Positions 1 through 10,343 of a DNA stretch of 64,000 nucleotides are shown here, one piece after another. The position numbers were made by a program, and so were the translations under genes. Each line of letters opens with the position of its first letter. Within the stretch, counting starts at the first letter, position 1. The notes under the pieces were generated by a model, which was not told the DNA's origin, did not search any database, and saw only the letters and a list, made by a program, of their open reading frames with translations. The DNA comes from an uncultured Thermoleophilia bacterium (GTDB lineage: Bacteria > Actinomycetota > Thermoleophilia > UBA2241). The stretch is from positions 576,001-640,000 of the forward strand of contig CAVQSP010000011.1 of assembly GCA_963715985.1 (NCBI GenBank). The letters run 5' to 3'.

Positions 1-1111
1 ACGACCATCTCGGGCGCACAGGTGAGTCCGAAATCCAGGTAGCCGATGTCGTGGTTGAGGTTCGAGCCTGCCTGCATCGAGAGCAGGGTGACCTGCGCGG
101 CGTCGATGCCCGCCTGGGTGTCCACGCACTGCGCGTCGCTGGTGCCGGCGAAGTTCCAGTTGGGGATGTCAAGCCACTTGGCCATCTCGATGATGCCGAG
201 GTCGGTGGTGTACCGCTCGGCCGCGTTGTACAGCGTCTGCAGGGTGACCATGTCGAGCTTGCCCGACGCCGACCCGAAGATGAACGGCGCCCCGGGGCGC
301 CTGAGCTGATGGACGACGAGCCCGAACAGCGATTCCGCCGTTCCCTGTGCGATCTGCCCGGCGTGCGTGATCGGCGACGTGGCGCCGGCAATCGGAGCCG
401 GCGCGTAGATCAGCGGGATGCCCCGGTCGGCGCAGAAGAGCAGCTTGTCGAGGACCTCGACGGGATGCACGAGCGGGCTCACGGGCTCGCCGTACTGGAT
501 GAAGTACGGCTTGGCGCGCAGCTCAGCAGCGCCGCCGCGCAGTGCGCAGGCGATCTGCCACATGACCTCGAGGTCCTCGACGCCCTCGGCCGTCATCACC
601 ATGGGCTTGGTGGTGTTCGTCACCATCGCGCGGAAGCTCTCGAGGTAGGCGGCGCGCGCGTCTACGTCGTGCGGGTAGGCGCTGGACATCACGAAGTCGA
701 TGTTGGGGAGGCCGTCGCACAGGCGCGCCATGCGGGCGACGTCGGCGAGAACACTGAGGCGGCGCTCGCCGGACTCCAGGTCGTAGGTGTTCATGAGGTC
801 CGAGCCGGTGCCGAAGTAGGCGTTGCGGCCGCCGAGCTCCATGGCGGGCTCGCCGCCGCGGTCGTACACCGGGATCGAGGCCGGGACCGTGCGCCGCGCC
901 TCCGCGACGAGCTCGCGCGGGATGCGCACGAGGTCACCGCTCACCACGCGAGGCGCCGGCGTCCACGAGCAGCCGGCGCGCCGTTCTCCTGCGGCACCGT
1001 CATTCCCACGTCCGCGATGACCGTGAGCGCGGCGTCGTAGATGGCCCGGCACTTCTCGTCGGTGAGCACGGCCATCCGGCCGCTGAGCCCCGGGGCGTGC
1101 GACTCGATCAT
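1..1111 (-). CDS. Trimethylamine methyltransferase (MttB) family protein, non-pyrrolysine; runs off the window edge, one indel near 960-990
   Basis: Manual translation: MIESHAPGLSGRMAVLTDEKCRAIYDAALTVIADVG...FGTGSD...LCDGLPNIDFVMS...EPVSPLVHP...APIAGATSPITHAG...FAGTSDAQCVDTQAG...HDIGYLDFG; GAAGGAG RBS; ATG overlaps the upstream stop (ATGA). Confidence 0.85.
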
Positions 1112-2584
1112 GCTGTCTCCTTCTCTGGGCCGGCGGCGCCGGCGACACGTACACCCAGGCGCCGCAGCGTCTCCGCGACGTCCTCGCCGGTCGTGCGCGG
1201 GTTGATGGTGCAGAGGCGCAGCACCGGCTGATCGCGCACCCAGGTCGTGGTGAGGTGCGCGAAGCCGGCCGCGGCCAGCGCGTCGGCGCGGCGCTTGTGC
1301 TCCTCGTGCTCCGCGCCGCGCAGGGCGAACGTGACGATGCCGAGCCGCGCGGGTGTCACGACCTGCCAGCGCGGCGTCGCCGGCCACGAGGCGCTCGGCC
1401 TGCTCGGCGAGGCCGATGCCGTGCGCCACGGCCTCGCGCAAGCGAGCCACGCCGTGGATGCGAAAGGTCAGCCAGAGCTTGAGGCCGCGCGCGCGCCGCG
1501 TGAGCTCCAGACTGCGGTCACGCATGTCGACCTCTTCCCCGGCGCCGGTGACGTCGGCAAGGTAGTCCGGGCTCATGTGGAAGGCCCGCGCGAGAGCCCC
1601 GGGCCGGCGCACCAGCAGGCAGCCGAGGTCGTAGGGCTGGAAGAGCCACTTGTGCGGGTCGACGACGAGTGAGTCGGCCTGCTCGATGCCCTGCAAGGCG
1701 CGGCGGCCCGGCTCGCAGAGCGCCGCCGCCGCGCCGTACGCGCCGTCCACGTGGAACCACAGACCCTCGGCCAGGCACAGCTCGGCGATGCCGGGGAGCG
1801 GGTCCACGGCGCCGGTGTTGGTGGTGCCGGCGTTGGCGATCACCAGGGCCGGGCGCCGGCCGGCCGCGCGGTCTTCGCGGACCGCGGCCGCCAGCGCCTC
1901 CAACGGCAGACGCAGCTGCTCGTCCGTCGGCAGGGTTCGCACCTGCTCCGGCGCGAAACCCAAAGCCGGGAGGCCGCGCGTGATCGAGGCGTGTGCCTGG
2001 TCGGAGAGGTAGCACACGCCCGGCCCCACGCTGACGCGCGCCGCGGCGACGGCGGTGATGTTGGCCATCGACCCGCCGCTCAGCATCACCCCTTCAGTGC
2101 CCTCCGGCATGCCCAACAGCGTGCGCAGCCAGTCGAGCGCCACCAGCTCCACCGTAGCGGGGCCGGAGCCGCCGCCCCACGAAGCGGCGATGGCGTTGAA
2201 GCCGGTACCGAGCCAGTCGCCGAGCACGCCGGCGAAGGACGACGGCCCCGGGACCCGCGCGAAGTTGCGGGGGTGGTCGCCGTGCTGCATGTTGGCGAGC
2301 GCGACGCCGGTCAGGGCCTCGAGCGCCGCCAGCGGGTCGCCGCCGTGTTCCGGCGGCGGGCCACCCAGGGCGGCGCGGAGATCCGCCGGCGCGCCCGTCG
2401 TGATGGACGGCCCGTCGGCGACGCCCTCGAAGTGCTCGACGACGCGGTCCACGACCCAGTAGCCCAGCTCGCGCATCTGGGCGGCGTCGAGACCCAGCGT
2501 GTCCGCGGCCCGCGGCAGCGGGACGCGACGGTCGCCCGGATCACTTCCCTGACGCCGATCCTTGCCTTCGCCCGCTGCGCTCAC
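1108..2584 (-). CDS. Group II PLP-dependent amino acid decarboxylase (indel near 1365)
   Basis: Motifs SGGSMAN, AGTTNTGAVD, HVDGAYG, DPHKWLFQPY (PLP lysine); C-terminus LRLCTINPRTT in ORF 1108..1359. Confidence 0.9.
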
Positions 2585-2711
2585 GCGTTCCTCCCCTGTG
2601 TCGCTCTCGCCGCGGCGATACTAGCCCTTCGGACCACCCCTGGGCATACTCCCCGCGCGAGCCGCACGAGGGTCGGATGGCGCGCGAGCGGCCTCCGGCT
2701 GCGTTGCTCCG

Positions 2712-3430
2712 CTACGGCCGCACGAGCGCGGCGATCGCGGCGGCCAGCTCCCGGCACACGAGCCGCTGGCCGGCGGCGTTGGGGTGGATGCCGTCGAGCA
2801 GCAGGTCGCCGACGGATCGCCCCGGTCCGGCGCCGTACTCCTCGAAGGCACGGTGCACGTCCACGAGCGGCACGCGCTCCTGCCCCGCCACATCGCGGGC
2901 ATCCTGGGCGTAGAGGTCGAGCAGCGCGCTGAGACCGCGCTCACTCCCCGTGTCCAGGAGCCCCGGCGCCCGCTGGAACACGTCCACGTAGTACGGGTCC
3001 GCCCAGCGCATCGGGTTGGGAGACATGAGCACCACCAGGGCGCCGCCGTCCTTGAGCGCCCGCACCAGACGGCGCAGGTTCTCGCGATACTCGTCGCGGG
3101 TGAGCCGCGGCTCGCGGCGCCCCTCGTCGGCGTCTATCCAGGAGTCGTTGATGCCGAACTGGATCGACCACCAGGTCCGGGGAGTACGCGCCCACGTCGC
3201 GGTCGAGCCGCTCCAGCGCGTCGCGCGTCGTGGTGCCGCCGATGCCGGCGTTGACGACCCGAGCCCTGAGGCCGAAGGCGGCCAGGGCCTCCGGCAGCAG
3301 CTCCGGGTACACCGCGACGTCCTGCCCGCTCCAGTCGTCGACGGCGGTGGTCGAGTCGCCCAGCGCGACGATGGTCAGCGCCGCGCGCGTCGTCGTCGCC
3401 GTCTGGCCGGCGGTCCTCCCGGTCTGCCAC
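2712..3430 (-). CDS. SGNH/GDSL hydrolase (indels)
   Basis: LGDS block I, NAGIGG block II, QFGIND block III, DGIHPN block V spread over frames; GGAGGAGG RBS before GTG at 3430. Confidence 0.85.
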
Positions 3431-3479
3431 GAAGTGCCTCCTCCAACGGCCGTCTCGGCACCGCCGGCCCCGGACACGG

Positions 3480-3663
3480 CGCGCCGACGATACCACTCCA
3501 CGGTGCGCTGAAGACCCACGTCCATCGGTGTCGCCGTGGGTCCGAGCTCGCGCTCGATGCGGCTCGAGTCCACGACGAACGGGCGCGTGGACTCGTCCAT
3601 CATCTCCAGAGAGGACCCGAGCTCCTTGAGCGCGATGATGCGGTTCAGGCGCGGCAGCTGGTC
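3480..3663 (-). pseudogene. Chimeric remnant: MerR-type HTH fragment joined to the C-terminus of an NAD-dependent epimerase
   Basis: [20 protein letters not shown] (MerR-like) runs in frame into [41 protein letters not shown] (epimerase tail-like). Confidence 0.5.
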
Positions 3664-3823
3664 GAGCTCGATGTCATCAGCGAGGAGTCCGCCCACCCCG
3701 ACGCGGGCATCCAGCTCCGGACCCCGCTGGATTGGCTCGGGTGAAGAAGGGAAGGCTAGTGCCAACGCGAAGGGCTGCGCCAACACGGGACACGACGGCG
3801 AGAGCCGGCAGGAGGGCAGGGCG

Positions 3824-4082
3824 ATGGCAAACGGGGCACAAGGCACACAGTCCAAGGGGAACAACGGCTTCCTGATCGGCGGCGGCATCCTTCTCGCGCT
3901 GCTGCTGATCTTCATCTTCCAGAACACGGCGGACACGCAGTTCAAGTTCCTGTTCTGGTCGTTCACGCTGCCGCTGTGGCTGGTGCTCGCTCATCACGGC
4001 GCTCGTGGCGTTCGTGATCGGGCAGTTCGCGCTGATGTGGCGGCGGCACAAGCGTCGCCAGGCGCGCCGCGACGCCAGGTAG
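3824..4082 (+). CDS. LapA/DUF1049-like small membrane protein (indel near 3990)
   Basis: [10 protein letters not shown]...[24 protein letters not shown] followed by a basic tail; RBS GGAGG. Confidence 0.75.
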
Positions 4083-4112
4083 ACAACCGGCCGCCGGGCC
4101 GCCGGTGCACAG

Positions 4113-4162
4113 GACGAGACCGGGCGGGGCCGCCCTTGCGGGCGGCCCCGCCCGGTCTCGTC
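4113..4162. terminator. Perfect 23-bp stem hairpin with TTGC loop
   Basis: GACGAGACCGGGCGGGGCCGCCC-TTGC-GGGCGGCCCCGCCCGGTCTCGTC just after the stop at 4082. Confidence 0.7.
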
Positions 4163-4282
4163 TGCCGGTGCGCCGGCGGCAGGATTGCCGACGACCCCGC
4201 GGAAGGGAGCGATGACTACTTGAGGCGTCCGGCGGGTAGTCCGCTCAGTCAGAAACACTCTTCCTCACAAGGGGGCACTCTC

Positions 4283-5031
4283 ATGAACACCGGCAAAGCC
4301 GCCGTGGCCGAGTTCTTCGGCACCTTCTGGCTCGTCTTCGGCGGCACCGGCGCCGCCGTGCTCGCCGCCTCGGTGGGCTCAAGTGGCATCGGCTGGCTCG
4401 GCGTCGCTCTCGCCTTCGGGCTCACCGTCGTGACCATGGCCTACGCCGTCGGCCACATCAGCGGCGGCCACTTCAACCCCGCCGTCACGCTCGGCCTCTG
4501 GGCCGGCGGCCGCTTCCCGGGAGGCAAGGTCCTCATCTACATCGTCGCCCAGGTGCTCGGTGCGATCTGCGCCTCCGCCGTGCTCTACGTGATCGCCTCC
4601 GGCAAGGCGGGCTTCAGCCTCTCCGACGGCTTCGCCGCCAACGGCTACGGCGAGCACTCACCGGCCGGCTACTCGCTGCTCGCGGCGATCGTCATCGAGC
4701 TGCTCCTCACCTTCGCCTTCCTGCTCGTCATCCACGGGGTCACCGACCGCAGGGCCCCGGCCGGTCTGGCTCCGCTCGCCATCGGCCTCACCCTGACCCT
4801 CATCCACCTGATCGCCATCCCCGTCGACAACACGAGCGTGAACCCGGCGCGCTCCCTCGCCCCGGCGCTCTTCGTCGGCGGCTGGGCGCTGGCCCAGCTC
4901 TGGGTCTTCATCCTCTTCCCCATCATCGGCGGCCTCGTCGGCGGGCTCGCTCTACCGCTACCTGCTGGAGGTCCCGGAGAGTGCCCGCGACAAGGTCGAA
5001 GGGCCCGGGCGAGGCGACGGAAGAGAGCTGA
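4283..5031 (+). CDS. aqpZ: Aquaporin Z (indel near 4950)
   Basis: [43 protein letters not shown] (two NPA motifs). Confidence 0.95.
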
Positions 5032-5057
5032 GCGCTCGCGACCTGCGCCCGAGCCTG

Positions 5058-5103
5058 AGGGCCGGCCGGCGCTCCCCTCGTCAGGGGGCGCGCGGCCGGC
5101 CCT
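5058..5103. terminator. Hairpin between convergent genes
   Basis: AGGGCCGGCCG/CGGCCGGCCCT outer stem plus inner GCGC(T)CCCCT/AGGGGGCGC. Confidence 0.55.
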
Positions 5104-5119
5104 TCTGCCGGCAGGGTCG

Positions 5120-5668
5120 TCAGACGTGCCGAGCCCGCTGCTCCAGGACCTCGACCACCGACGCGTATTTCTCGTGGATCATCGTCCGGTCGAACTCCCG
5201 GTAGCGGACGAGCAGGTCCTGGTCCTCGTCGTCCGTGAAGTAGGCCCTGGCGACGGCGAAGAACGCCTTGTCCTCTTTGGCGATGTGCACAGGGTAGAAG
5301 TCGCACAGCGTCCTGATCCGAGCGCCGATGTCGGACAGGGCGGACTCGCCGCCGTGGCGGTAACGCTCCCCGGCGCGGACGAGTCCGGCCGTTTCTCGAC
5401 GAGCGAACTCGTGGTCCGCGATCAGCTCCTCCATCGCCCGCCGATCGGCTGCGGAGAGCGGCCGCGCGCCCAGCTCCGCGAAGAGGATGTCCTCCTCCTT
5501 GCCGTGGTGGGTCCGGTCGGCGTAGGTGCGGATGAAATCCACGGCCGCGTCGATCACCGGGGGATCGATGCGTCGTGCCGACTCGATCTCTGCCAGTACC
5601 GTCTCCAGCGACGAAAGCATCCGCTCGATCAGGCGATGCTCCTTCATGAGAGGAGCGCGTGACTGCAT
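5120..5668 (-). CDS. Hemerythrin (HHE) domain protein
   Basis: [10 protein letters not shown]...[15 protein letters not shown]...DHEFAR...[10 protein letters not shown]; AAGGAGG RBS. Confidence 0.9.
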   Translation of the reverse strand: MQSRAPLMKEHRLIERMLSSLETVLAEIESARRIDPPVIDAAVDFIRTYADRTHHGKEEDILFAELGARPLSAADRRAMEELIADHEFARRETAGLVRAGERYRHGGESALSDIGARIRTLCDFYPVHIAKEDKAFFAVARAYFTDDEDQDLLVRYREFDRTMIHEKYASVVEVLEQRARHV

Positions 5669-6335
5669 GCCTGCCTCCTTTGCAGGAGGGCGCCGGTGAC
5701 CGTCAGACGGAGTCCGGCGCCGTGTCGTGGTCCGGGCCCCGCCCCGATGGCGCCGGCGGCGAACCCGAACAGCGTGTCGATGCACTGCCGCGCGACGACG
5801 TCCGGGTCCTCCCCCTCCAGGCCTACACCGGCGGTGAGCATCGGCTGGACGGACGCGAGGCCCATGAGCGCCGCGCCCAGCACCATCGCCACGACGCGCG
5901 GGTCCGCGCCCTCGGTCGCCGCCCCTTGCATCGTCGAGCCAGCTCGGCGAGCAGGGCGAGCGGACGCAGGGGGGACCCGCCGAGCAGCCGCTCGGGGGCG
6001 AGCCCGTCGATCTCCGCCCGTAGCATGAGGAGCAGCGAAGTGCGGCCTTCCGTCAGGGTGTACATGAAGATCTCGCCCAGCGCCGCCAGCGACGTGACGG
6101 TGTCGGCCTCGGGCCGGGCCATGGAACTCATCGCCCGAGCCTCGTTCTCCAGGATCTCCGCGACCATGTCGCTCTTCGTGCCGAAGTAGCGGTGGACGAG
6201 CGCGTGGTTCACGCCGGCGGCGGCGGCGATCTGCCGCACGCTGACGTTGTGGACGCCGCGCGTGGCGAAGAGGTCGCGCGCGGCCGCGAGGATCACCTGC
6301 CGCGTGACGGTGGAATCGCCGCGAGGCGCACCCAT
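5644..6335 (-). CDS. TetR/AcrR family regulator (indel near 5930; 3' end uncertain)
   Basis: [40 protein letters not shown]. Confidence 0.85.
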
Positions 6336-6442
6336 GGACCGCTCCTCTCCTCTTCTGGCCTCTCGTCGTGACCGGCGTCGCGCTGGTGTGGCCGGCGTCG
6401 CGCGGCCCGACCCAGCACCCGGAACGACGCATTTGTGCGTGT

Positions 6443-6475
6443 ATCACCGGTAGGTTACAGTCACCGCAGGGTGAC
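6443..6475. promoter_or_regulatory. Tandem palindromic operator boxes (probable TetR sites)
   Basis: ATCACC-GGTA-GGTTAC and GTCACC-GCAG-GGTGAC, 17-bp period, between the divergent TetR and hydrolase genes. Confidence 0.5.
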
Positions 6476-6495
6476 GTTCAACAGAGGGGGGACCT

Positions 6496-7851
6496 ATGGA
6501 CCTGACTCGCAAGCAGTTCCTCGCGGCGTCCGGCGTAGCAGCAGGCGGCCTGGTGGCGGCCAACGCGATGGGCGTGCCGGGCTTCGGCGGCCCGAACCAG
6601 GCGATGGCGGCGGGCAAGGCCTTCGACCCGGTGGCGCCGCCCGGCAGCCCGACGCTGCCCGAGATCGCCGACAAGCTCATGCACAACAACTGGTACATCC
6701 CCGTCGAGCCGCTGGCGGAGGACGAGATCCGCGTGTCGTTCATGGGCACGGCCTTCGTCCCCCGCATCGCCCAGGCCGCCAACAGCGTCTTCATCGAGGT
6801 CGGCACCGGGCAGAGCTTCGTCTTCGACCTGGGCATGGGCACCCTGACCAAGTATCAGGCCATGGGCGTCCCGTACACGCGCATGCAGCACCTCTTCATC
6901 ACGCACCTCCACGCCGACCACATGAGCGACCTGACCGCTCTGTACTGCTTCGGGCCTCCGCACGGGCGCGTGACGCCGATGCACGTGTACGGGCCCAGCG
7001 GGCCGAGGCTGAACGGCGCCGTGTACGAGAAGGAGGGCACCAAGGCCTTCTGTGAGGCGCTCTACGCGATGTGCGCCTGGCACCGGGAGGCCTTCAGCTT
7101 CCTGCCCACCGACCTCAAGCCCACAGCGGACGACCCGGATCCCGGCGGCGGCTACGACATCGTCGCGCACGAGTTCGACTACCGCGCCGAGGGCGCCGAC
7201 GCCGTCGCCTACCAGGACGACGACGTCACCATCACCCACTTCCCCGCCGCCCACGACCGCGACGGGTCGGTGAGCTACAAGCTCGAGTTCAAGGGCCAGA
7301 GCGTGGTGTTCAGCGGCGACACCAAGCCCACCACCTGGCTGCCCAAGTACAGCAAGGGCGTGGACGTGCTCATCCACGAGATGGCTCTCACCCCGCAGAC
7401 CTGGGTGGAGCACCAGTCGGACCTCTACCCCGGCGACGAGGGCTACTCCACGAACCTCGCCGGGTCCATGGAAGTGCAGGCCAACTCGCACACCCCCGAG
7501 AAGGCGTTCGGCCAGATCATGGCCAAGTGCCGGCCGCGCCTCGCCGTGATCACGCACTGCCACTTCAACCAGGACTGCTTCATCCCGGCGATGGACAAGG
7601 TGCGCAAGTCCTACGACGGCCCGGTGGCGTGGGCCATCGACGGCATGGTGATCAACCTGCGGCCCGGCAAGGACATCAGGCAGCGCATGTCCCTCATGCC
7701 CGACTTCGCCTGGGACCTCATGATCGCGCAGTACGGCTCCGACCAGCTGGAGCCGGCCAAGTACAAGGGGCCGTTCGCGCAGTACAGCGACTTCACCATG
7801 GACCACATCCCGGCCGAGTGGAAGAAGTGGCCCAGCGACAACGCGGAGTGA
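6496..7851 (+). CDS. Tat-exported MBL-fold hydrolase (RNase Z/arylsulfatase AtsA/GntH-like)
   Basis: N-terminal TRKQFL Tat-like signal; THLHADHMSD, FSGDT, LIHE, SHT, THC motifs. Confidence 0.85.
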   Translation: MDLTRKQFLAASGVAAGGLVAANAMGVPGFGGPNQAMAAGKAFDPVAPPGSPTLPEIADKLMHNNWYIPVEPLAEDEIRVSFMGTAFVPRIAQAANSVFIEVGTGQSFVFDLGMGTLTKYQAMGVPYTRMQHLFITHLHADHMSDLTALYCFGPPHGRVTPMHVYGPSGPRLNGAVYEKEGTKAFCEALYAMCAWHREAFSFLPTDLKPTADDPDPGGGYDIVAHEFDYRAEGADAVAYQDDDVTITHFPAAHDRDGSVSYKLEFKGQSVVFSGDTKPTTWLPKYSKGVDVLIHEMALTPQTWVEHQSDLYPGDEGYSTNLAGSMEVQANSHTPEKAFGQIMAKCRPRLAVITHCHFNQDCFIPAMDKVRKSYDGPVAWAIDGMVINLRPGKDIRQRMSLMPDFAWDLMIAQYGSDQLEPAKYKGPFAQYSDFTMDHIPAEWKKWPSDNAE

Positions 7852-7881
7852 CGCCGGCGGCTCACGCGGCGTGATCCGGAT

Positions 7882-7919
7882 CGGCGGCGGAGCGTGACGG
7901 AGGGGACGCTCCGCCGCCG
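7882..7919. terminator. 14-bp stem hairpin between convergent genes
   Basis: CGGCGGCGGAGCGT...ACGCTCCGCCGCCG. Confidence 0.65.
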
Positions 7920-7924
7920 GCCGG

Positions 7925-8467
7925 CTACGCGCTCTCCAGCGCGAACGTCGCCTCTACCGGGACTCCCTCCCGCAACGTGCTGAGCACCACGCAGTAGCGC
8001 TCGGCACTGCGCAGCAGCCGCTCGGCGCGCGCTCCCCGCTCGTCCCCGCGCACCACCACGCGCGTGTGGGCGCGCACGCCGGTCAGCCCGATGGGGAACT
8101 CCCGGCCCATCGCCAGCGTGCCCCGCGGGTCCCAGTCGCCCTCGACCGTGACCTCCAGCTCCTCGAGGCCGATGCCCATGTTCGCGGCGACCATGCGCAC
8201 CGTGGTCTCCTGGCAGGCGGCCAGGGCTGCGAGCAGCAGGTCGGCGGAACACGGCACGTCGCCGTCGCCGCCGACCGACGGATGCGCACCGGAGCGGAAG
8301 GCCGCCTCCGGCACGGAGTCCGGCGTCACGACGCAGTGCAGGGGATCTGCAAGGTCGGACGTGCCACCCCGCACGCGCAGCACCTGCGGGGCGCTGCCGG
8401 GGTCGTCCGTATACTGCTGCCGCAGCGGGGCCTGCCGCGCGCGGATGTCCACCTTCGACATCGGCAT
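7925..8467 (-). CDS. OsmC family protein
   Basis: DLLLAALAACQE...VEGDWDPRG...AERYCVVLSTL. Confidence 0.9.
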   Translation of the reverse strand: MPMSKVDIRARQAPLRQQYTDDPGSAPQVLRVRGGTSDLADPLHCVVTPDSVPEAAFRSGAHPSVGGDGDVPCSADLLLAALAACQETTVRMVAANMGIGLEELEVTVEGDWDPRGTLAMGREFPIGLTGVRAHTRVVVRGDERGARAERLLRSAERYCVVLSTLREGVPVEATFALESA

Positions 8468-8482
8468 CAGGTCTCTCCGGGC

Positions 8483-8872
8483 TCAGAGCAACGGGTTCGG
8501 GTCGGCAGCGTACTCCTCCTGGCTGAGGCGCCGCACCAGGATCATGGAGCGCACGTACCGCGCGGGCTTGACCTTGCGGGGGTCGACCTTCTCGTCCTTC
8601 TCGCGGAAGTACACGTGCTCACGCTCCACGACCTTGAACGGCGTGAGCGTGCCGCCCCAGGCGAAAGCCTGCGCCTTCGTGTCCCCGGTCACGTTCGTCG
8701 GGAGAAGGATGAGATCTCCGACCTGGGCGAGCGGAGGATCCGGAGGCAGGTATTCCAGCGGGCCGTGGAAGCTGAACGGCGGCCGCCCCTCGCCGGGTTC
8801 GAGCAGCCACACCTCGACCGGCTCGCCTGCCGTCCTCTTGTCGGCCTTCCTGTCGGCCTTCTTGTCGGCCAT
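8483..8872 (-). CDS. Hypothetical protein
   Basis: Clean high-GC3 ORF with GAGGAGGAG RBS. Confidence 0.7.
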   Translation of the reverse strand: MADKKADRKADKRTAGEPVEVWLLEPGEGRPPFSFHGPLEYLPPDPPLAQVGDLILLPTNVTGDTKAQAFAWGGTLTPFKVVEREHVYFREKDEKVDPRKVKPARYVRSMILVRRLSQEEYAADPNPLL

Positions 8873-9016
8873 GAGCTCCTCCTCAGTGGTGCGTGCGCGT
8901 TGCGGGGACCGCACGTGGGGCGACCCCTCTTCTCAGCGCTACACTCCCCATCCGGAGCCGTGCTCACTCACGGCGTCCGCTCCCCGACACCGGCCGGCGT
9001 ACCGCCCCAGAGCTCC

Positions 9017-9109
9017 TCAGTCGCGCGGCGGCGCGACCTGCGCCTCCGCCTCCCTCAAGTACTGCTGCACGAAGGCGATGGCCATGCTTCCCTCGCCGAC
9101 GGCGGCGGC
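9017..9109 (-). pseudogene. Orphan 3' tail of a thioredoxin-reductase-like FAD oxidoreductase
   Basis: AAAVGEGSMAIAFVQQYLREAEAQVAPPRD* matches the AVGEGSMA...HQYL terminal motif; no upstream gene body. Confidence 0.65.
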
Positions 9110-9133
9110 AGGACCGGAGGGGCCTGCGACCCG

Positions 9134-9898
9134 TCACGCCGGCCTGGTGACGAACACGACGGCGCGCTCGTGCGGCCGCAGCCGCTGGGCCGCCGCCGGC
9201 ATCCTGTCGGCGATCGTCGGTACCCGCTCGAAGAGCTCGGACCGCGCGATGGCGGCGAGAGCGTGGGGGTTCACGTAGACGATCGCGACCCGTCTGGGCC
9301 GTTCTCTGAGGCTCGTCTCGAGGTTCGCGACGACGCGCTCGAGCACCGCGCCCGGGAACGGATTGTAGAGATAGATCAGCAGCGGCTCGCCCGGGAACTC
9401 GAAGTCCTCCGCCTCCTGGACCAGGAGCTCGACGCGGGACGGATCGATCTTCTCGGGCCCGTAACGGGCCATGTTCCGCCCGGCCACGGCGACACACGCC
9501 GGCGAGATGTCCACTCCGATCAGCCTGCGAAAGGGATAGGTGGCGGCGACCATCAGGGGCTTGCCCTTGCCGCAGCCCAGGTCGACGAAGACGTAGCCGG
9601 AGAAGTCGAAGGCGAGACCGTCGAGGGGCATCCTGATCGCCGCCTCGCTGGTCGTCTCGTAGTGGACGACCAGGTGACCGCCGCGAGTGACGGCCGGCCC
9701 GAGCTCACGCCCGACGAGGACGGCGGCCGTGTCGGTGCCGTGCGCCGCGTCGAAGCCGTCCCGCGAGAGCTCCTCCAGCTTGCGCTGCTTGAGCCGGCGC
9801 ATCGTGCGGGGCCAGAGCACGTACCGCGGAAGCTCACGGAGCGTCGCCCCGAGCCCGAGGTCCCTGACGGAGGCGGAGAGGCGTCTGAGCGTCCTCAT
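9134..9898 (-). CDS. Class I SAM-dependent methyltransferase
   Basis: FVDLGCGKGK, IGVDIS, YLYNPF. Confidence 0.85.
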   Translation of the reverse strand: MRTLRRLSASVRDLGLGATLRELPRYVLWPRTMRRLKQRKLEELSRDGFDAAHGTDTAAVLVGRELGPAVTRGGHLVVHYETTSEAAIRMPLDGLAFDFSGYVFVDLGCGKGKPLMVAATYPFRRLIGVDISPACVAVAGRNMARYGPEKIDPSRVELLVQEAEDFEFPGEPLLIYLYNPFPGAVLERVVANLETSLRERPRRVAIVYVNPHALAAIARSELFERVPTIADRMPAAAQRLRPHERAVVFVTRPA

Positions 9899-9953
9899 GT
9901 CGGCCTCATCCTACGCGAGACCGTGCCTGCGCCGTCGCCCCGCCGGCGGCCGG

Positions 9954-10289
9954 CTACCCCTCCGTGAGCTTGAGGGAGACGTCCCTGGCGAGCGCGAGGT
10001 TGGTGATGACGTACATGGCCTTGACCGCGCCCGCCGGCACCACGCAGGCCTCGCAGCAGCCCGTCGTGCGCAGCAGCTCGCTCGCCAGCGCGAGCACGGG
10101 GTTCTCGTCGGGGCTCAGCGTCTGGATCGCGTCGACCGGCTCGATGTCCTTGAGCCGCTTGTCGAACTCGGCGATGAGGTCGCAGTCACACTCGAACGCG
10201 AACGTGACGTTGCGGGCATCGCCGGTCTCGGCCGTGACGACCACAGGGTAGCCGCACACGCCGGGATTGATCTCTTCTCGGAGTTCCAT
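9954..10289 (-). CDS. DUF6951-like Cys-containing protein
   Basis: INPGVCG...ECDC...ACVVPAGAVKA...LALARDVSLK pattern. Confidence 0.65.
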   Translation of the reverse strand: MELREEINPGVCGYPVVVTAETGDARNVTFAFECDCDLIAEFDKRLKDIEPVDAIQTLSPDENPVLALASELLRTTGCCEACVVPAGAVKAMYVITNLALARDVSLKLTEG

Positions 10290-10343
10290 CGGTCTCTCTC
10301 TCAGTCTGGGGAGTGCAACGTCGAGGTGTGGTGCCGGAGCGCG

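Noticed and set aside
120-160. Pyrrolysine codon in the MttB homolog
   Set aside because: The region reads FAGTSDAQ with no in-frame TAG.
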